This document shows positions 14,030 to 37,746 of a stretch of 64,000 bases of DNA, one piece after another. The notes below the pieces were generated by a model. It was given only the letters and a program-made list of their open reading frames with translations. It was not told where the DNA came from and did no database searches. The stretch is from the human T2T-CHM13v2.0 reference genome, Homo sapiens. Position numbers and translations under genes: made by a program. Location of the stretch: assembly GCF_009914755.1 (NCBI RefSeq), contig NC_060943.1. One strand, given 5' to 3'. The first letter of the stretch is position 1; the number at the start of each line of letters is the position of its first letter.

Positions 14030-14896
14030 TTATATTATTTTAATTTTGTACCATGTAAATATATTACCTAGTATAGAAAAAAATTTAAAGCAAATTTCCC
14101 CAAATGCATTAATGGGCCTTATTTTTTCCTTTGCCTAGTTTAATTATTTGATTAGAGTCTCAGTATTCTCTCATTTATAATACATATAGACAGTTACACA
14201 TCCATATCTTCATATTTACACAATTTTAGAAAGTATTACATTTCCCTACAGCCTCACTCCATGGGAAGAGTATTGTTAACTGGCCATTGTGTTTTAACTC
14301 ACCACTGGAAAAGAAAAATTAAACACACGTTTAACAACGCAGTTTTAAAACCTAACAAAGACCCAGTCCACAGACCCCATATATGTTACTGGCTGCTGCT
14401 CAGGATGGTATTTTCATCCCTGAGAGATTGGAATGCTTTTTTATTTTTTGTTGTCAATGGGTTTTCTCTTGCCTCATTCCAATCTTACTATTTTTCTGCA
14501 AAGCTTGTTTCCCTAGTCCTGCTTTCATCCAGAATAAAAGTTCTTAAAAGCCTATTTCTATCATTAACTAACTCCAGCCTTCACAATGAGAACAGTGAAA
14601 ATATAGTTTCTTTTTCCTGAATCCCATAATTAGAACTACCTTGCAGTTCATATTGTGGACTTCTGTTCATTTTCTTCTCTCCAGCTCCAGCATTAGCTCA
14701 TTTATCCAATCCTATGTTATCCCCAGTTGTCTCCACCTCCCCTCCACCCCCTAGAGTTACAGAGACCTCATATTACCAGGTGTTTGAACTACAGGAGTTA
14801 TTGCTACATTTTGCTCCCCATTCCAGTCCAATTGTACCTGACAATATTCCAATTTCAAATCCATTAAGTATAAACTGTTTTAAGAATGGCAAAGTA

Positions 14897-18774
<3,878 letters not shown>

Positions 18775-19744
18775 AAGAGTGGCAAAGTAATGTCAGAGAA
18801 ATGATGGAGTAGGTAGCTTCAACGGCCCATCCTTCCACAGAAACAAAACAACAAAAATGATTTTTAAAAAACTGTCAGAATCAATGTCATCAGAACTCTG
18901 AAAAGTAGTCCAAGGTTTACAGCAACCCAGGGAATGTAGAATAGAGAAAACAGCAACTTAAAAATAGTAGGGGAGCTTTGTGGTGCTTTCACTTGCCCTT
19001 GATTTACTTTTCTCTGCAGCTGGGTGATGGTCTTGAAGGTGACAGCCTATATTACCAGTGTAGGACACTGATCTCTTGCTCCAGAGGCAGTGGAGCAGAA
19101 CTTGTTCTCAATTGTGTTTGTCTGTTTTGAACTGTCTGAGGGCTACCTGAAAGACTGTTGCAAGTTACTTGGTTTTATCTTATCTAACTTGGAATTCTAT
19201 CATGGTGGAAAAGTGGCTAATTGAAGAGTACATTCCTCTAAATCATTGAAAGGCAAATGAACAACCCACTGTCACTTGAGGTAAGAGATTACTGTTGAAG
19301 CAAACAATATACAGAATGACAACTTGGGAGGAAAATCTGGGGAGAGAGATTCTGTGAGGAAGTAGGGTATTGAAAAGCTCCCCACATACACCAGGAAATT
19401 TAGAAAGGCATGCACATACTCAGAGGAGAACATATGTTCAGAAATGACCTGAAAAAACTGCAAGCTTTCACCTCTGACTGATCTTTGACTTAGTGCAAGC
19501 AGTAAGGGAAGGCTTTGGCAGAGTTGTAAATGACCTGGCTAAGCACCGAAAGAGCGCTCCAACAAAGAGTCATTGCGCAAAGAGTGGGCAAATATTTTTC
19601 CTTTTTTGTTTGTTTTTCATCCAGACATTCAAGGAAATCCCTGTTAACACACTGGGTAAAAATAAATGAAAAGAATAGAGGCCTTAGATACCACACAATA
19701 CAGGGAATACCAGTTTTACAAAAAAAGTAGTTTAGAAAACTCAC

Positions 19745-20167
19745 TATTCATTTCCCAGAGCTGCTCTTACCACATGGCACAAAATTGGGTGGCTTGAACA
19801 ACAAAAATTCATTCTCTCCCAGTTTTCTCCAGGTTAGACCTCCAAAATCAAAGTGTCAGAAGGGCCATGCTCTCTTTCATTACCACTTAGTAGCTTCTCC
19901 TGGTATCCATTGATCTTTGATATTCCTTGGCTTTTAGCTGTATCACTTCAAGCTCTGTCTCTGTGGTCACATGGCATTCTCCCCATGTGTTTCAGTCTTA
20001 AAATGGTATGTTACTCTTCTAATAAGGACACTGTCGTATCGAATGAGGGTACACCCTAATGCCCTCATCTTGATTGCATCTTCAAAAACCCTATTTCAAA
20101 GTAAGGTCATGTTCACAGGTTAGGACTTCAACATATCTTTTTGGGAGACAAAATTAAACCTGTAACA
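19745..20167 (-). mobile_element. MLT1 (MaLR) solo LTR
   Basis: TTGGGTGGCTTGAACAACAAAAATTCATTCTCTC...GGACTTCAACATATCTTTTTGGG...TAACA; TCAC flanks. Confidence 0.8.
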
Positions 20168-21528
20168 GTCACTAAACAAACCATTACGATCCACAATAAG
20201 ATAAGAACAAACTGAGCAGGAGGAAGAATCTGACTTTAAGAGATACCACATTATAAAACAAACAAAAAAAAAGTACACAGCATGCAAATAAAAAATTATG
20301 GTCCATTCCCAGAATAAATGAACAGAAACTGTCCCCAAGGAAACACAGACACTGGACTTACCAGACAAAGACTTTAAATAAACTGTCTTAAATATTCTCA
20401 AAGAACTAGAGGAAACCATGAACAAAAATAATAAACCAGGAGAATCATGTCTGAAAAAAAGATATCAAATAGGTAGAAATTATTTAAAAACCATGAATTT
20501 TGGACCTGAAGAGTATAATAACTGAAATGAAAATTCACTAGAGGATTTCAACAGTATATTTAAGCAAGCAGAAAAATCAGTGAACTAAAGGATAAGTAAA
20601 TTGAAGTTATTCCATCTGAGGAGCAGAAGAAAAAGTAAGTAGAACTCAGATACCTGTGGGATGCCATCAAGCATATCAGCATATGCACAATGGGAGTCAC
20701 AATAAGAGGAGAGAGAAAGGAGTATAAGGAATATTTGAAGAAATAATGTTCAAAAACTTCTCAAACTTATAAGACATGAATCTACACATAGAAGAAGCTC
20801 AAGGAACTAACTCCAAGAAGAATAAATGCATAGAGATCCACACCAAGACACATTATAATCAAACCATAAAAAGACAGAGACTCAAAATCAACAAGAGAAA
20901 GTGACACCTCATGTTCAAAGCCTCTATAATAAGATTAATAACCCATTTCTCATCAGAAACCATGATCTCCATAAGCCAGTATGATGACATATTTAAAGTA
21001 ATGAAATAAAAAAAACCTGTTAGCCAAGAATCCTATATCTGGCAAAACCATCCTTCAAAAATGAAGGAGAAATTAAGACATTCCTAGATAAACAAACACT
21101 GAGGGAGTTCATTGCTAGTTGGCCTGCCCTACAAGAAATACAAAATACTTCAGGCAGAAGTGAAAAAACACTAAATCTTGAAGCCATATAAATTAATAAA
21201 GAACACTGGTAAAGTAATTACATAGGTAAACACAAAAGCCAATATTATTGTATTATTGGCTCATAACTCCTATATGATTTAAAGAAAAATGAGTAAAATA
21301 GTTACAAATCTATGTTAATGGGGCACACAATGTATAAAGATGTAATTTTTCAAATCCTAAAGGGAGGAGGACAGAGATACGGGAGCAGGATTTTTTATAT
21401 TTTGGAAGCTAGGTTAGTATTAATTCAAGCTATATTAACTTCTTTAATGTATTACAATATAGTTTGAATTAATACTATTCAACACTTTTGCATCTTTAAA
21501 TTTTTTCATAATAAAATTTGGAAAAATA

Positions 21529-21825
21529 GGCCAGCTGTGGTAGCTCACATCTGTTATCCCAGCACTTTGGGAGGGTGAGGCAGGAGGATTGCTTGAGGCC
21601 AGGAGTTTGAGAACAGCCTGGGCAACATAGTGAGACCCTGTTTCTACAATTTTTTTTTTAATTAGCTGGGTGTGATGGCACATTTTTGTAGTCCTAACTA
21701 TGCAGGAGTCTGAGGCTGGAGGACCACTTGAGCCCAGGAATTTGAGGCTGCAGTGAGCCAAGATCACACCCATTGCACTCCAGCCGGGGTGACAGAGTAA
21801 GACCTTGTTTCAAAAAAGAAAAAAA
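21529..21825 (+). mobile_element. AluJ-like
   Basis: Dimeric Alu. Confidence 0.9.
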
Positions 21826-21908
21826 GATGTTAACTGTATACCACAGGGTAATCACTAAGAAAATATACAGAAAAGGGAATAAGAAGAAAAATTAAATGGT
21901 ACACTACA

Positions 21909-22296
<388 letters not shown>

Positions 22297-23543
22297 CAAA
22301 AAAGATAAGCCATGTAGAAAACAGATCACAAAGTGAAAGAAGCAAGGCCGTTTTAAAATCAGGAATTAATTTAAATGCAAATAGATTAAGCTCTCCAGTT
22401 AAAAGGCAAAAATGGACAGAGTGGATAAAACAGCATGATCCAACTATATGCTGTCTATAAGAGACTTATTTGCAATCCAAAGACAAAAAATGTTGAGTGA
22501 AAAAATGGAAGAAAATTATTCCATGCAGGATGTAAAAAAAGAGAACTGAAGTAATTGTATTAATATTAGACAAAATCGACTTAGGTAAAAAACTTGACAA
22601 GAGACAAACAATGACATTATATATTGACAAAAGAGTCAATCCATCAAGAAGATATAACAATACAGACATTACACAGCTAGTCCCCAAATATATGGTGTGA
22701 AAATTGATGGAACTGAAGGGAGAGATAAATATTTCTACAATGTTTTCAGACTTCAGTATCTCACTTTCAATAATGGATACAACAACCAGACAAAAGATCA
22801 ATAAAGAATTAGAGGATTTGGAAACATAAACCAAACTCCTAGCAGATATATACAAAGCACCCCACCTAAAACCAGCAGAATACACATTTTTCTTAAGTGG
22901 TCATGAAACATTTTCTGGGATAGATCATACATTAGGCCACAAAACAGGTCTCAATAAAAATAAAAAATCTCACGTATCAACAGAAAGATAAAGTCACATG
23001 AAATGTATTCTCAGGCCACAAAAAAATGAAACTCAAATCAGTAATGAGGAAAACTGGAAAATTCACAAATGTGTGGAAATTAAACAGCACACTCATAAAA
23101 ACCGATGGGGATAGAAGTTACAGGGAAATTAGAAAATACTTTGAGATGAAAACAAAACATGATTCAGGATTCCTTTGGTGCTAAAATAATAAAATTCTGC
23201 TGACTGAGCTAAAAAAATTTGTGATAGAAAATATCAAAGGCAGTTCCCCACTCTATACACAATACCCACCCCCATAACTTAAATAAAACAACTTTCTCCT
23301 TTCTAGAGAAAATCACATTGGAAACAAAGCCTCTGCAAGAAGTCCTGATATATGTGCTTTTACAAGGCTGCTAAATATTACTTCATTTTTGATACCACAT
23401 TGACTTGATCTATTGATGATCATTCTATTGCATTTATCATCTCAAGAGCAAGCTGAGTGGATACAAAAAAAAATTTAAATTGAAATAAGGGAAGAAGCAT
23501 TTTCAAGATATAATTTAGATGTTGTTTTTTTCCAAATTACAAT

Positions 23544-25050
<1,507 letters not shown>

Positions 25051-26026
25051 CTGTCTTCTGGCAATATAATCTTGGTAGTTTCTTAATTTCTCCGTTTCTC
25101 CTCTGTAAAGTGAGTTTCATAGTAGTACCTAACTGGTAGGGGTTTCGTGAGATTTACTTAAGATAAATAGATGTAAAAATGCGTAGGACCGATCCTGACA
25201 CACACTGAAAAGGTGGCTGGTTGTTGCCAATCTGTTATTTCTTCCTGGAGAGGAGAGGCATTCAGTCTCTGAAAGCTTCTGTGAGCCCGCAGTGGGTTCT
25301 GAGCTCCAGGTGCAGCGCTACTCGCCCTTCTCTGATCTCTGCACCTCGCGAGGCTGTTCCTGGATTCCTAACGTGGGGGGACGGGGGTGTCAATTTTCTC
25401 TCCATCTTTTTTATTTTTCCTTCCCTTTTAAGGCATGAGTGTGTCTCACCTCCATGTGGTGCCTGGGGATGTCCACTGTCATTCATCCTGGACCAGAAAC
25501 AGAGTTTAGATATCTTCCAACCTCCTTTCCTTCCTCAGCCTTGACTAACCGGAGGGCTGCAGAGAGGAGGGTGTTGACCCCCTGGCTCTTGGTAACATTG
25601 TCCCAACGTGAGAGGACTTAATATATGCTATTGCTATTTCTGCTTAGTTGGAGAACAGATTTCCCACACTCATTAGCAATATTATTTTTCCTGCTGGGCA
25701 AATGCTCAAATATTTATGGAATAAATGAGAGGTTGGATTAGGCATGTGTTCGTGAATGAGTAATAATAAAATTTGTTAATACGTTGAGTGCCAGGGTCTC
25801 TTCTATAGGCTTTATATGCATTAATTAGCTTAATCTTCAGAACAAAGATAATATTGTAATTCCTGTTTTACAGATGACAACACTGATGGGTAAAACATTT
25901 ATCTTCCCAAAGTAAAACAACAGGAAAGAGCCTGAACTGGGAGTTTGAGCTCAGGCTGAGCTCAGGCAGAGTGGGTTCTTGACCTTTGTGCCACTCTCCT
26001 TCAGCCCTGAGAAATGTCAGTCCCAT

Positions 26027-26353
<327 letters not shown>

Positions 26354-26455
26354 TCAAGAGTCATAATAAAAAAAATTTTTTTAAGGATTTGCAGGGAAGA
26401 ACTCTGAGGAGATGACATTTGAGTAAATACCTGACACTGCTATTAAAATAAATAA

Positions 26456-26817
<362 letters not shown>

Positions 26818-27529
26818 TAATGATTTTACTTTTAAGGATGACCTTGATGTTGCTTGAGCAAAGCAAATGAAATTAAAAACGCAGAAGAAATTGACATATA
26901 AAGTTCATCCTCTCCTCCTCCCAATTAATTTAATAGCCTGAGAATTTTGTAGCTTAAAGGAATCTTGGAGATCAATTAGTACAATCCTTGTCTGACTGTG
27001 TGTCATTCTTTGATTCTGTGTGCATCAAATACTCACTATATTCTAGGTGCTTGGGGTAAAAAGATGAGTAATGTTCATTATCTCACAGGCAAAACAGATG
27101 CTTGATTTACTAATTATACCCCAAATGCCCCAGCTACGCTGAAGGCTTCCAAGAGGAGGGATTACAAGAGAAGGACAGGGAAGCTGGTCCTCTCTGGAGG
27201 CAGAGTGGCAGGAGCAAAGGCACGAGAGGACTTGACAACCTAGGAATGAACAAAGTCTGGAAATTCAGGCCTCGAAAAGTGGCCCTGGTACATATAGTGA
27301 GCAGAGCTGAGCCAGGCACCCCAAACCCCATTTGTTTTTTTCTACTAAATGTCGTGAAATGTCAAGTCTTGCAAAATCCTGTTACTGAGCAGAGCAGGAG
27401 GGTGCAGGTAAATATAGGACCAGAACAAAGGGAATTGGATATTAAAAATTGATCTCTCTCCCTAGCTTTCAGAAGAGAATACATTGCTCTCGTCCCTACT
27501 AGAGTGTTTCTGCCTGAAGTAGGAGGACC

Positions 27530-27950
27530 CACGAACAGGAGTAGCTATCTGTATTGAATGCTATCTTGTATATACTCACTGAAACCTCTTAATAACCCTA
27601 CGAGGTAGATACTGTTATTGTCCTCACTTTATGGGTGAGGAAATAGGCACAAAGAGCTAGTAAGTCAGAAGAGTCAATTAGGATATTAGGTTCCTCATCA
27701 TCTGGCTCCAGTATCCCTCAGCAGATCATTTTCAGCAGTTCATACCCTCCAACTTCCCCTTCTCTGATCTCTAAGACATGATTCCTTCCATGTCTTCATA
27801 TTTCTGATTAGAGAAGGAGACACGATTAAGAGACAGGCTCTGGACTCAGCTGGATTCAGATGCAGTCTCACCTCACCAGCTCTGTGACCTTGGGCAACTT
27901 AATCTCAGTAATCCTCAGCTTCCTCATCCATTAAATGGGAACGACAGTCA
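27530..27950. mobile_element. MIR fragments
   Basis: GAGGTAGATACTGTTATTGTCCTCACTTT and CTCTGTGACCTTGGGCAA..CCTCAGCTTCCTCATC MIR cores. Confidence 0.6.
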
Positions 27951-29226
27951 TCATATCATCACTTATTGAGAGCTTATATAATGTGCCACAGACAGAACCA
28001 AGGCTTTTACCCCATTTAAAAAATTGAGTCATAATTCATATACCATATAATTCACCCTTTTAAAGTGTGCAATTCGGTGGTATTTAGTGTATCCACAATG
28101 TTAGGTTGTACAACCATCACTATTTTCTAATTGAAGAACATTTGTATCACCCCCAAAAGAAACCTCATATGCCCTAGCCATCACTCTTTACTATCTCTTC
28201 TCTCAGCCCCTGGCAACTATTACTTTTTGTCTCTATGGTTTAGCCTAGCCAAGACTATTCGATTTGCTCATTAATCCCAAAAGCAACTGTAAATTAGAAT
28301 CTGTTATTAGTACTACAGTATTTTTCATTTAAGTGAGACAGATACTGTCAAACTTTTGTTTAAAAAAAAGCTAGCAGAGACACATTTTAAATTAGTATTT
28401 CCTTACGACAGTGAGCACGGGAAAGGGAGATACACCATTGAGACTCTCCTGGCTACATGAAGAAAATTCATAAGTATTTATACCTTTTACAAAACTGAAT
28501 GCTGATATCAATTAAATATTATAGGACAACAAAGTAGTAAGTAATATAGCCAATCAGAATTATAGACTTTTCAGAGGTAAAGGTGAATTTCATAAGATAA
28601 AGCATTGTACAGTCTTTGAAATCTGGATGTTATAAAAGACTCTCTTATTGGAAATGATGGCAAAAGACATTTGCAACAACAATTTTATGATGCATAATAT
28701 CATCTGCTTTTCTGCAGCTTGCAGGGAAATCAGTTATACGAGTTTCCATCTGTTCACACATTTAACCCTTACAATAATCTTGCAAGAAAGCACTATTTTT
28801 CTCATTTGCAGGTGACAAATTTGAGGAATGGGGAGGTTAATTAGCTTAAACAGAGTTAGTAGCCATGCCAGGATTTGACCCCAGACCTTGTGACCCCAGA
28901 ATCCACTTTTGTAGCCAGTACATTCTGCTGCAAGTAGCTGGGATTACAGGTGTGTGCCACCACACCCAGCTAATTATTGTATTTTTTTGTAGAGATGGGG
29001 TTTCGTCATGTTGCGGGCTAGTCTCGAACTCCTGAGCTCAAGCAATCTGCCTGCCTCGGCCTCCCAAAGTGCTGGGATTACAGGCATGAGCCACCATGCC
29101 CGGCCACCTTTTAAAAATTCAGCCAGCACAGCCATGTGGGCTAGGGCCTGTTTCTCATGGCTTCTTTCTCTTTTCCCAGTTCTGCCTTCCCAGGACCCTG
29201 CCCTTCCCCAGAAGGAGCAGGAGAAA

Positions 29227-29241
29227 ATGACCAAGTTTCAG
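29227..29241 (+). CDS. ZNF233: ZNF233 coding exon 1 (MTKFQ); exon about 29180-29241
   Basis: Pyrimidine tract + AG at 29178-29179; AAAATGACCAAGTTTCAG|GTGAGT. Confidence 0.9.
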
Positions 29242-29779
29242 GTGAGTTGAGTTTTGATTTTTATCTCTTAAAATGACATCTCTTTTCCTCAAAGATTAGA
29301 CACTTTTTTTTCTCTTCCTTGGGAAAGATAAAGGAGGAAAACAGGTATTTGGAATCTGCTAGTTACTTGATTTTCGATTGGTTCAATTTTTTGTTTATGT
29401 CTTTAGCTTTTGTTTTGGTAGTTTTATTTTATCATCTTTATTTCACAAGTAGTAGTGCAAAAATTCGTAGATATCAAAAAATGGGAGAAAACCTCCACAT
29501 TACTACATTGCATACAAATAATCTATTTCCCCCATACTATTTTATATGTATTTACATATTGTATGTCTTATATCTATACTTGTCAGTGTATTTTAAAGAA
29601 CTACAATCACATTCTATATACAATTTTCTTTTTTCAGTTAATGTTACTAGAGTTTTATATGATTTAGTGTTCCTTTATGTATTTGTCTCAGAAGGGTTTT
29701 CATTTTTTGTCTAATTTTTCAGAGGCTACAAAACAAACACACAATGCTGTCTCTAAATAGTATTTCAATTTGCAAGACT

Positions 29780-30680
<901 letters not shown>

Positions 30681-31056
30681 TTTTTCAGCGTTGGGACTAA
30701 ATTGACCCAACATTTCTAGGACAATTTGGTAGTATCAGTCAAGTTATAAAATACGTATTCCGTGTGATTCAAGATTTACAGTGCTGGGGCATTTACTGTT
30801 GGAATACTTACAAATGTCACCAAATTAAATACACAGGGGTTATTTTTTAGTAGCACACACTTTTGATGTGACTGTGGAAAAGTAGTCTATGAGATTGGCA
30901 TGTGGGATGGAGAAAACGAGGAAGCTACTTAAAGTTCATTCGAGGCCCTCACAATCCAGAACGTCTTCCTGCCTGTTCTTTCTACCTGCTCAGTGCTGCC
31001 TCTCTCCCAGCAGTTATTGGCCATAAGATTGAGATTACATCTGCTTGATGTTGTAG

Positions 31057-31203
<147 letters not shown>

Positions 31204-31724
31204 TAACTGAATATCAGCCCTCTGGACTGTCCTGCTTTCAATTATTTAAGACTTTGGGACGCTTAAAATGCTTCCCTGAACTTGGGGATGTGAATTTTCT
31301 AATTCCTCAGGGACATCTTGTCTATACCTTGTCTATTTTTCTCAAATTGCAGTTGTGAAATCTTGGTGGGTTTTGAAATCAGTTGGTGAGTTACATTATT
31401 ATTGTGTTTAATGAAATGAAGTAGAAATATTATAGCTCCTTGTCAGGAACTGCATTCAGTGCAACGAAAATTGTAAGTAAAAACAGGAAAGAAGATGTGA
31501 TAAAAGTAGATAATGGTTAGGATCAAATTATCTGATCACTTGATTTCAGTGATTTACATTTATGTATTTGTGTACCGGATCACAAATTAAAAGGTATTCA
31601 GACAATAGCTCATGATCACAATTTTGAAAAATACTACTTAGAGCGCATGAAAATGGTGGTGTTGGAATTAAAATTTTTGACTATAATGCATTCACTTTAT
31701 ATATATGCCATTTCTTTTTCACAG

Positions 31725-31820
31725 GCTATCAACCCTTCAAACTAGATGTGATATTACAGTTGGGAAAAGAAGACAAGCTTCGGATGATGGAGACAGAAAT
31801 CCAAGGAGATGGGTGTTCAG
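31725..31820 (+). CDS. ZNF233: ZNF233 KRAB-B-type exon (96 bp)
   Basis: ttcacag|(G)YQPFKLDVILQLGKEDKLRMMETEIQGDGCS G|gtgag; phase 1-1, in frame with flanking exons. Confidence 0.93.
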
Positions 31821-32210
31821 GTGAGAACCATGGAGCTCTGAGTCTTTGCGGGGTACAGCCTAGTCCTCTCCTCCTCACCACCTCCTCAGCCACCAGCCTG
31901 GCCCAAGACCCCAGAATTCATCGCCCTGGTTTACTGCAGCAGCTTGCACATGACCTTCCTCCTTCTACCTCCCTCCAGTCCATTCTCCACATAGCCAGAT
32001 CATGTAAGTCAGATCATGTCGCTCCTTGGCTCAAAAGCCTTCTGTGACTTCCCATCTCACTCATTAATTCCAAAATCTCTACGAGCCTTCAGGGTCCTAT
32101 GTGACCTGGTCACCCACTCCCTGTGAATTGATTTCCTATCCTTTGCTTTTCACTCAGTTCTTTCCAGCCACACAAGACTGCTGTGTGTTTCTTATACATG
32201 CCAAGTGTGC

Positions 32211-33035
<825 letters not shown>

Positions 33036-34137
33036 TTAATTAAATTAAATACCCATCTCTTTATTCTGCCTTTGTGATTAATCATCAATCATCAGCTGAC
33101 ATATTCATGTATTACATTTTGTTTACTTTTCTATGGTCTCTTTCCCCATTAGAGTACAACTTCATGAACGTAAGAATTTTACCTGTTTTCTTTTCATTTT
33201 TCTTTTTCTTTTCTTAGAGATGGGGGTCTGGCTTTTTCACCTAGGCTGGAGTGCAGTGATACAATCATAGCTTGCTGCAGCTCAAACTCCTGGGCTGGGA
33301 CTACAGGAGTGCACTACTGTGCCCAACACTAATATTACCTGTTTTAAAATTGCTGATCCTTATTGCCTTTAATAGGCTTGGCACGTAATACCTGTTCATT
33401 TAATATTTGTCGAATGAGTGACTGAATGAGTGAATGAATGGGTTAATGGACCGATGTCAGTAACGTCAGTTAATGGACTAATGGATAGGTGTTTTCATTT
33501 GAATAGTACTGTAATGGCTCCCTCACAGATCTCCCAACCTGTGGTATCTGCGAGACTTTTGGTGAGAGTTGCCTCATCCATACACCCAGTGACAACCTCC
33601 CTGTTCTGCTTTCACCCCTCTCCTTCTATTCTTTCTCTTCCTTATTTCATTCCCCCTTTTCTTCACTTCTTCCTTCATTTATCTTTAATTTGAATATACA
33701 TCATAAATACCTAAAATACACTAATTAAAGTCATTCCTACTTGATAGAAGCACCAAAACGCAAAAACTAAATTAAACAAACAAAAAAAGCAAACCAAAAG
33801 CCCAGGAGAATCTCTCTGCTTATCTGAGAGAGACAGGCCCTGGATTTTGTAAGTAGCTGGAGTAGTAAAATCTTTCCAATCTTCTTATCTTTTATTTTCT
33901 TGTATCTCCATGCTCCATGAACGTTGACTGCATTGCAATCAGGAATGTTGGATGCTGACTTCTTTGACTGACTGCCTCATTTTTAAAAATTTTCTTTTTT
34001 TGTTTTTGACTGCCTCATTTTTGTGTATAAACCTAAAACTTGGGAATTATGATCCCAGTTATTGCCATTGTCCTTTTTTTTTTTCTTAACAGGTAGCTTC
34101 TTCCCAACTTCTTCTTTGCCTCCTTAGCAAATCTTGA

Positions 34138-34443
<306 letters not shown>

Positions 34444-35024
34444 ACAAATCTTTACTTTTTTTTTAATTTTTGGCCAATTTTTTATTGAAATATATACAGA
34501 AAACTGTACAAATTGTAAATGTATAGCTCCCTAAATTTTCAGGAAGTAAAATGGCTTGTTTTACAGCTCTTTTTTATTGAGGTAAAATTTACATGTGCAC
34601 ACCTTAAGTGTGCAATTTGATGAGTTTTGACAAAAGGATATAACTATGTAACTCACAGCCCTTGGAAAACTGAACAAATCTGACAGCGTATTCTACCCTC
34701 ACCTCTCTTTATTTTTTGGCAAACATCAGAATTTTTTAGGGTTTCACATTCTGCTTATCCACCTACGTACCCAGCTCCACCTATACAAAATATTCCTGAG
34801 GTCTATTTTCACTGGACAGAAGTACAAATTAAAGGGCATCTTCTCCCTCAAGGATCAATGAAACAAAATCTCACAGAGTATGGTGCTAAGTGGATCTCAC
34901 TGTCTTCACTTCTCATTGAGAGAGTTCACAGGCAGAGAATAAAGAGGTGTCACTAAAGGACTATTTCAGAACATAGTTACTCTTCTGATGTTATGTTCAG
35001 CCTACTTATAATTTTTATGACACC

Positions 35025-35855
<831 letters not shown>

Positions 35856-36361
35856 ATTAGCCATTTAGGTTTATCAGAAAATTCAGTCAAACCAAGTGGC
35901 AACAATTATCAATGCCTTTACTCCTATAGGGTGTGTCAGCTATGGGAATAAATTTTCTAATTCTTTTTCATTTATCATGTTCACTAATTGAATATTATAT
36001 ACTTAGAACCTCATTGAAAAGAAGGAGAATTCTCTCAAATCTAGCTCATCAAATGTATGTTTAAGGACTAAATTAAGGAAATAATGGTACTATCTTATGG
36101 GTTCATTCTCAAGACAGAGAAGATATTTTTCTATATTCTCTTCACTTTTGCCAAGGATGTCCCCTCTTTCTTTCTTTGAGAATTCTTGGCATCACTAAAT
36201 AATCCACTTGTGAATGCTGAAGGAGAGATTCAGGCTTTTGTAACCATTTTTGGGCTTTATCATATACAGATGCAGGTTGTACAATGTAACCATGATTCTG
36301 AGGCTCACATATAGCCAGGATTTTGTAGATTTTATACATCTGCCACGGAAAAGAGGAGAGG

Positions 36362-36658
<297 letters not shown>

Positions 36659-36791
36659 AAAGAGGAGGGATTTTTAAGTGATTATTCTTATGGACAAGGA
36701 GGTAAAGTTTCTCCTCTACAACGTCTTTCTAGGGCATCTTTTTGTTGCTCTGTAGCCTGTGTATTTGACCACATACATAAGTCTTGGTATT

Positions 36792-37208
36792 GGCCAGGCA
36801 TGGTGGCTCACACCTGTAATCCCAGCACTTTGGGAGGCCAAGGCAGGCAGATGACTTGAGGTCAGGAGTTCAAGACCAGCCTGGCCAACATGGTGAAACC
36901 CTGTCTCTACTAAAAATACAAAAAAAATTAATGAGGTGTGGTGGCATGCACTTGTAGTCCCAGCTCCTCCAGAGGCTGAGGCAGGAGAATCACTTGAACC
37001 CCAGAGGTGGAGGTTTCAGTAAGCCAAGATCGTGCCACCACACTCCAGCCTGGGCAAGAGAGTGAGACTCCATCTCAAAAAAAAAAAAAAAATCCTCTCC
37101 TCTTTTCCATGGCAGATGTATAAAATCTACAAAATCCTGGCTATATGTGAGCCTCAGAATCATGGTTACATTGTACAACCTGCAGTCTCAAAAAAAAAAA
37201 AAAAAAAA
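36792..37208 (+). mobile_element. AluS with an inverted 92-bp genomic insert in its tail
   Basis: TSD AAGTCTTGGTAT at 36779-36790 and 37207-37218; see findings. Confidence 0.9.
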
Positions 37209-37300
37209 GTCTTGGTATAGCTCTAAATGAGTCTCATTAACATTTTGTATATAGAAGCCAGCCTTTTTTGTTGCCATAGGCATGAAAAAAACCAATGATA

Positions 37301-37663
<363 letters not shown>

Positions 37664-37746
37664 TCAACCTGTGAAATGTTTTTTTATTTCTGAACAAATG
37701 TTCAGTTGTCTTCATTTTCATTTCTGAGTTCTCTTTATCATTCTAG

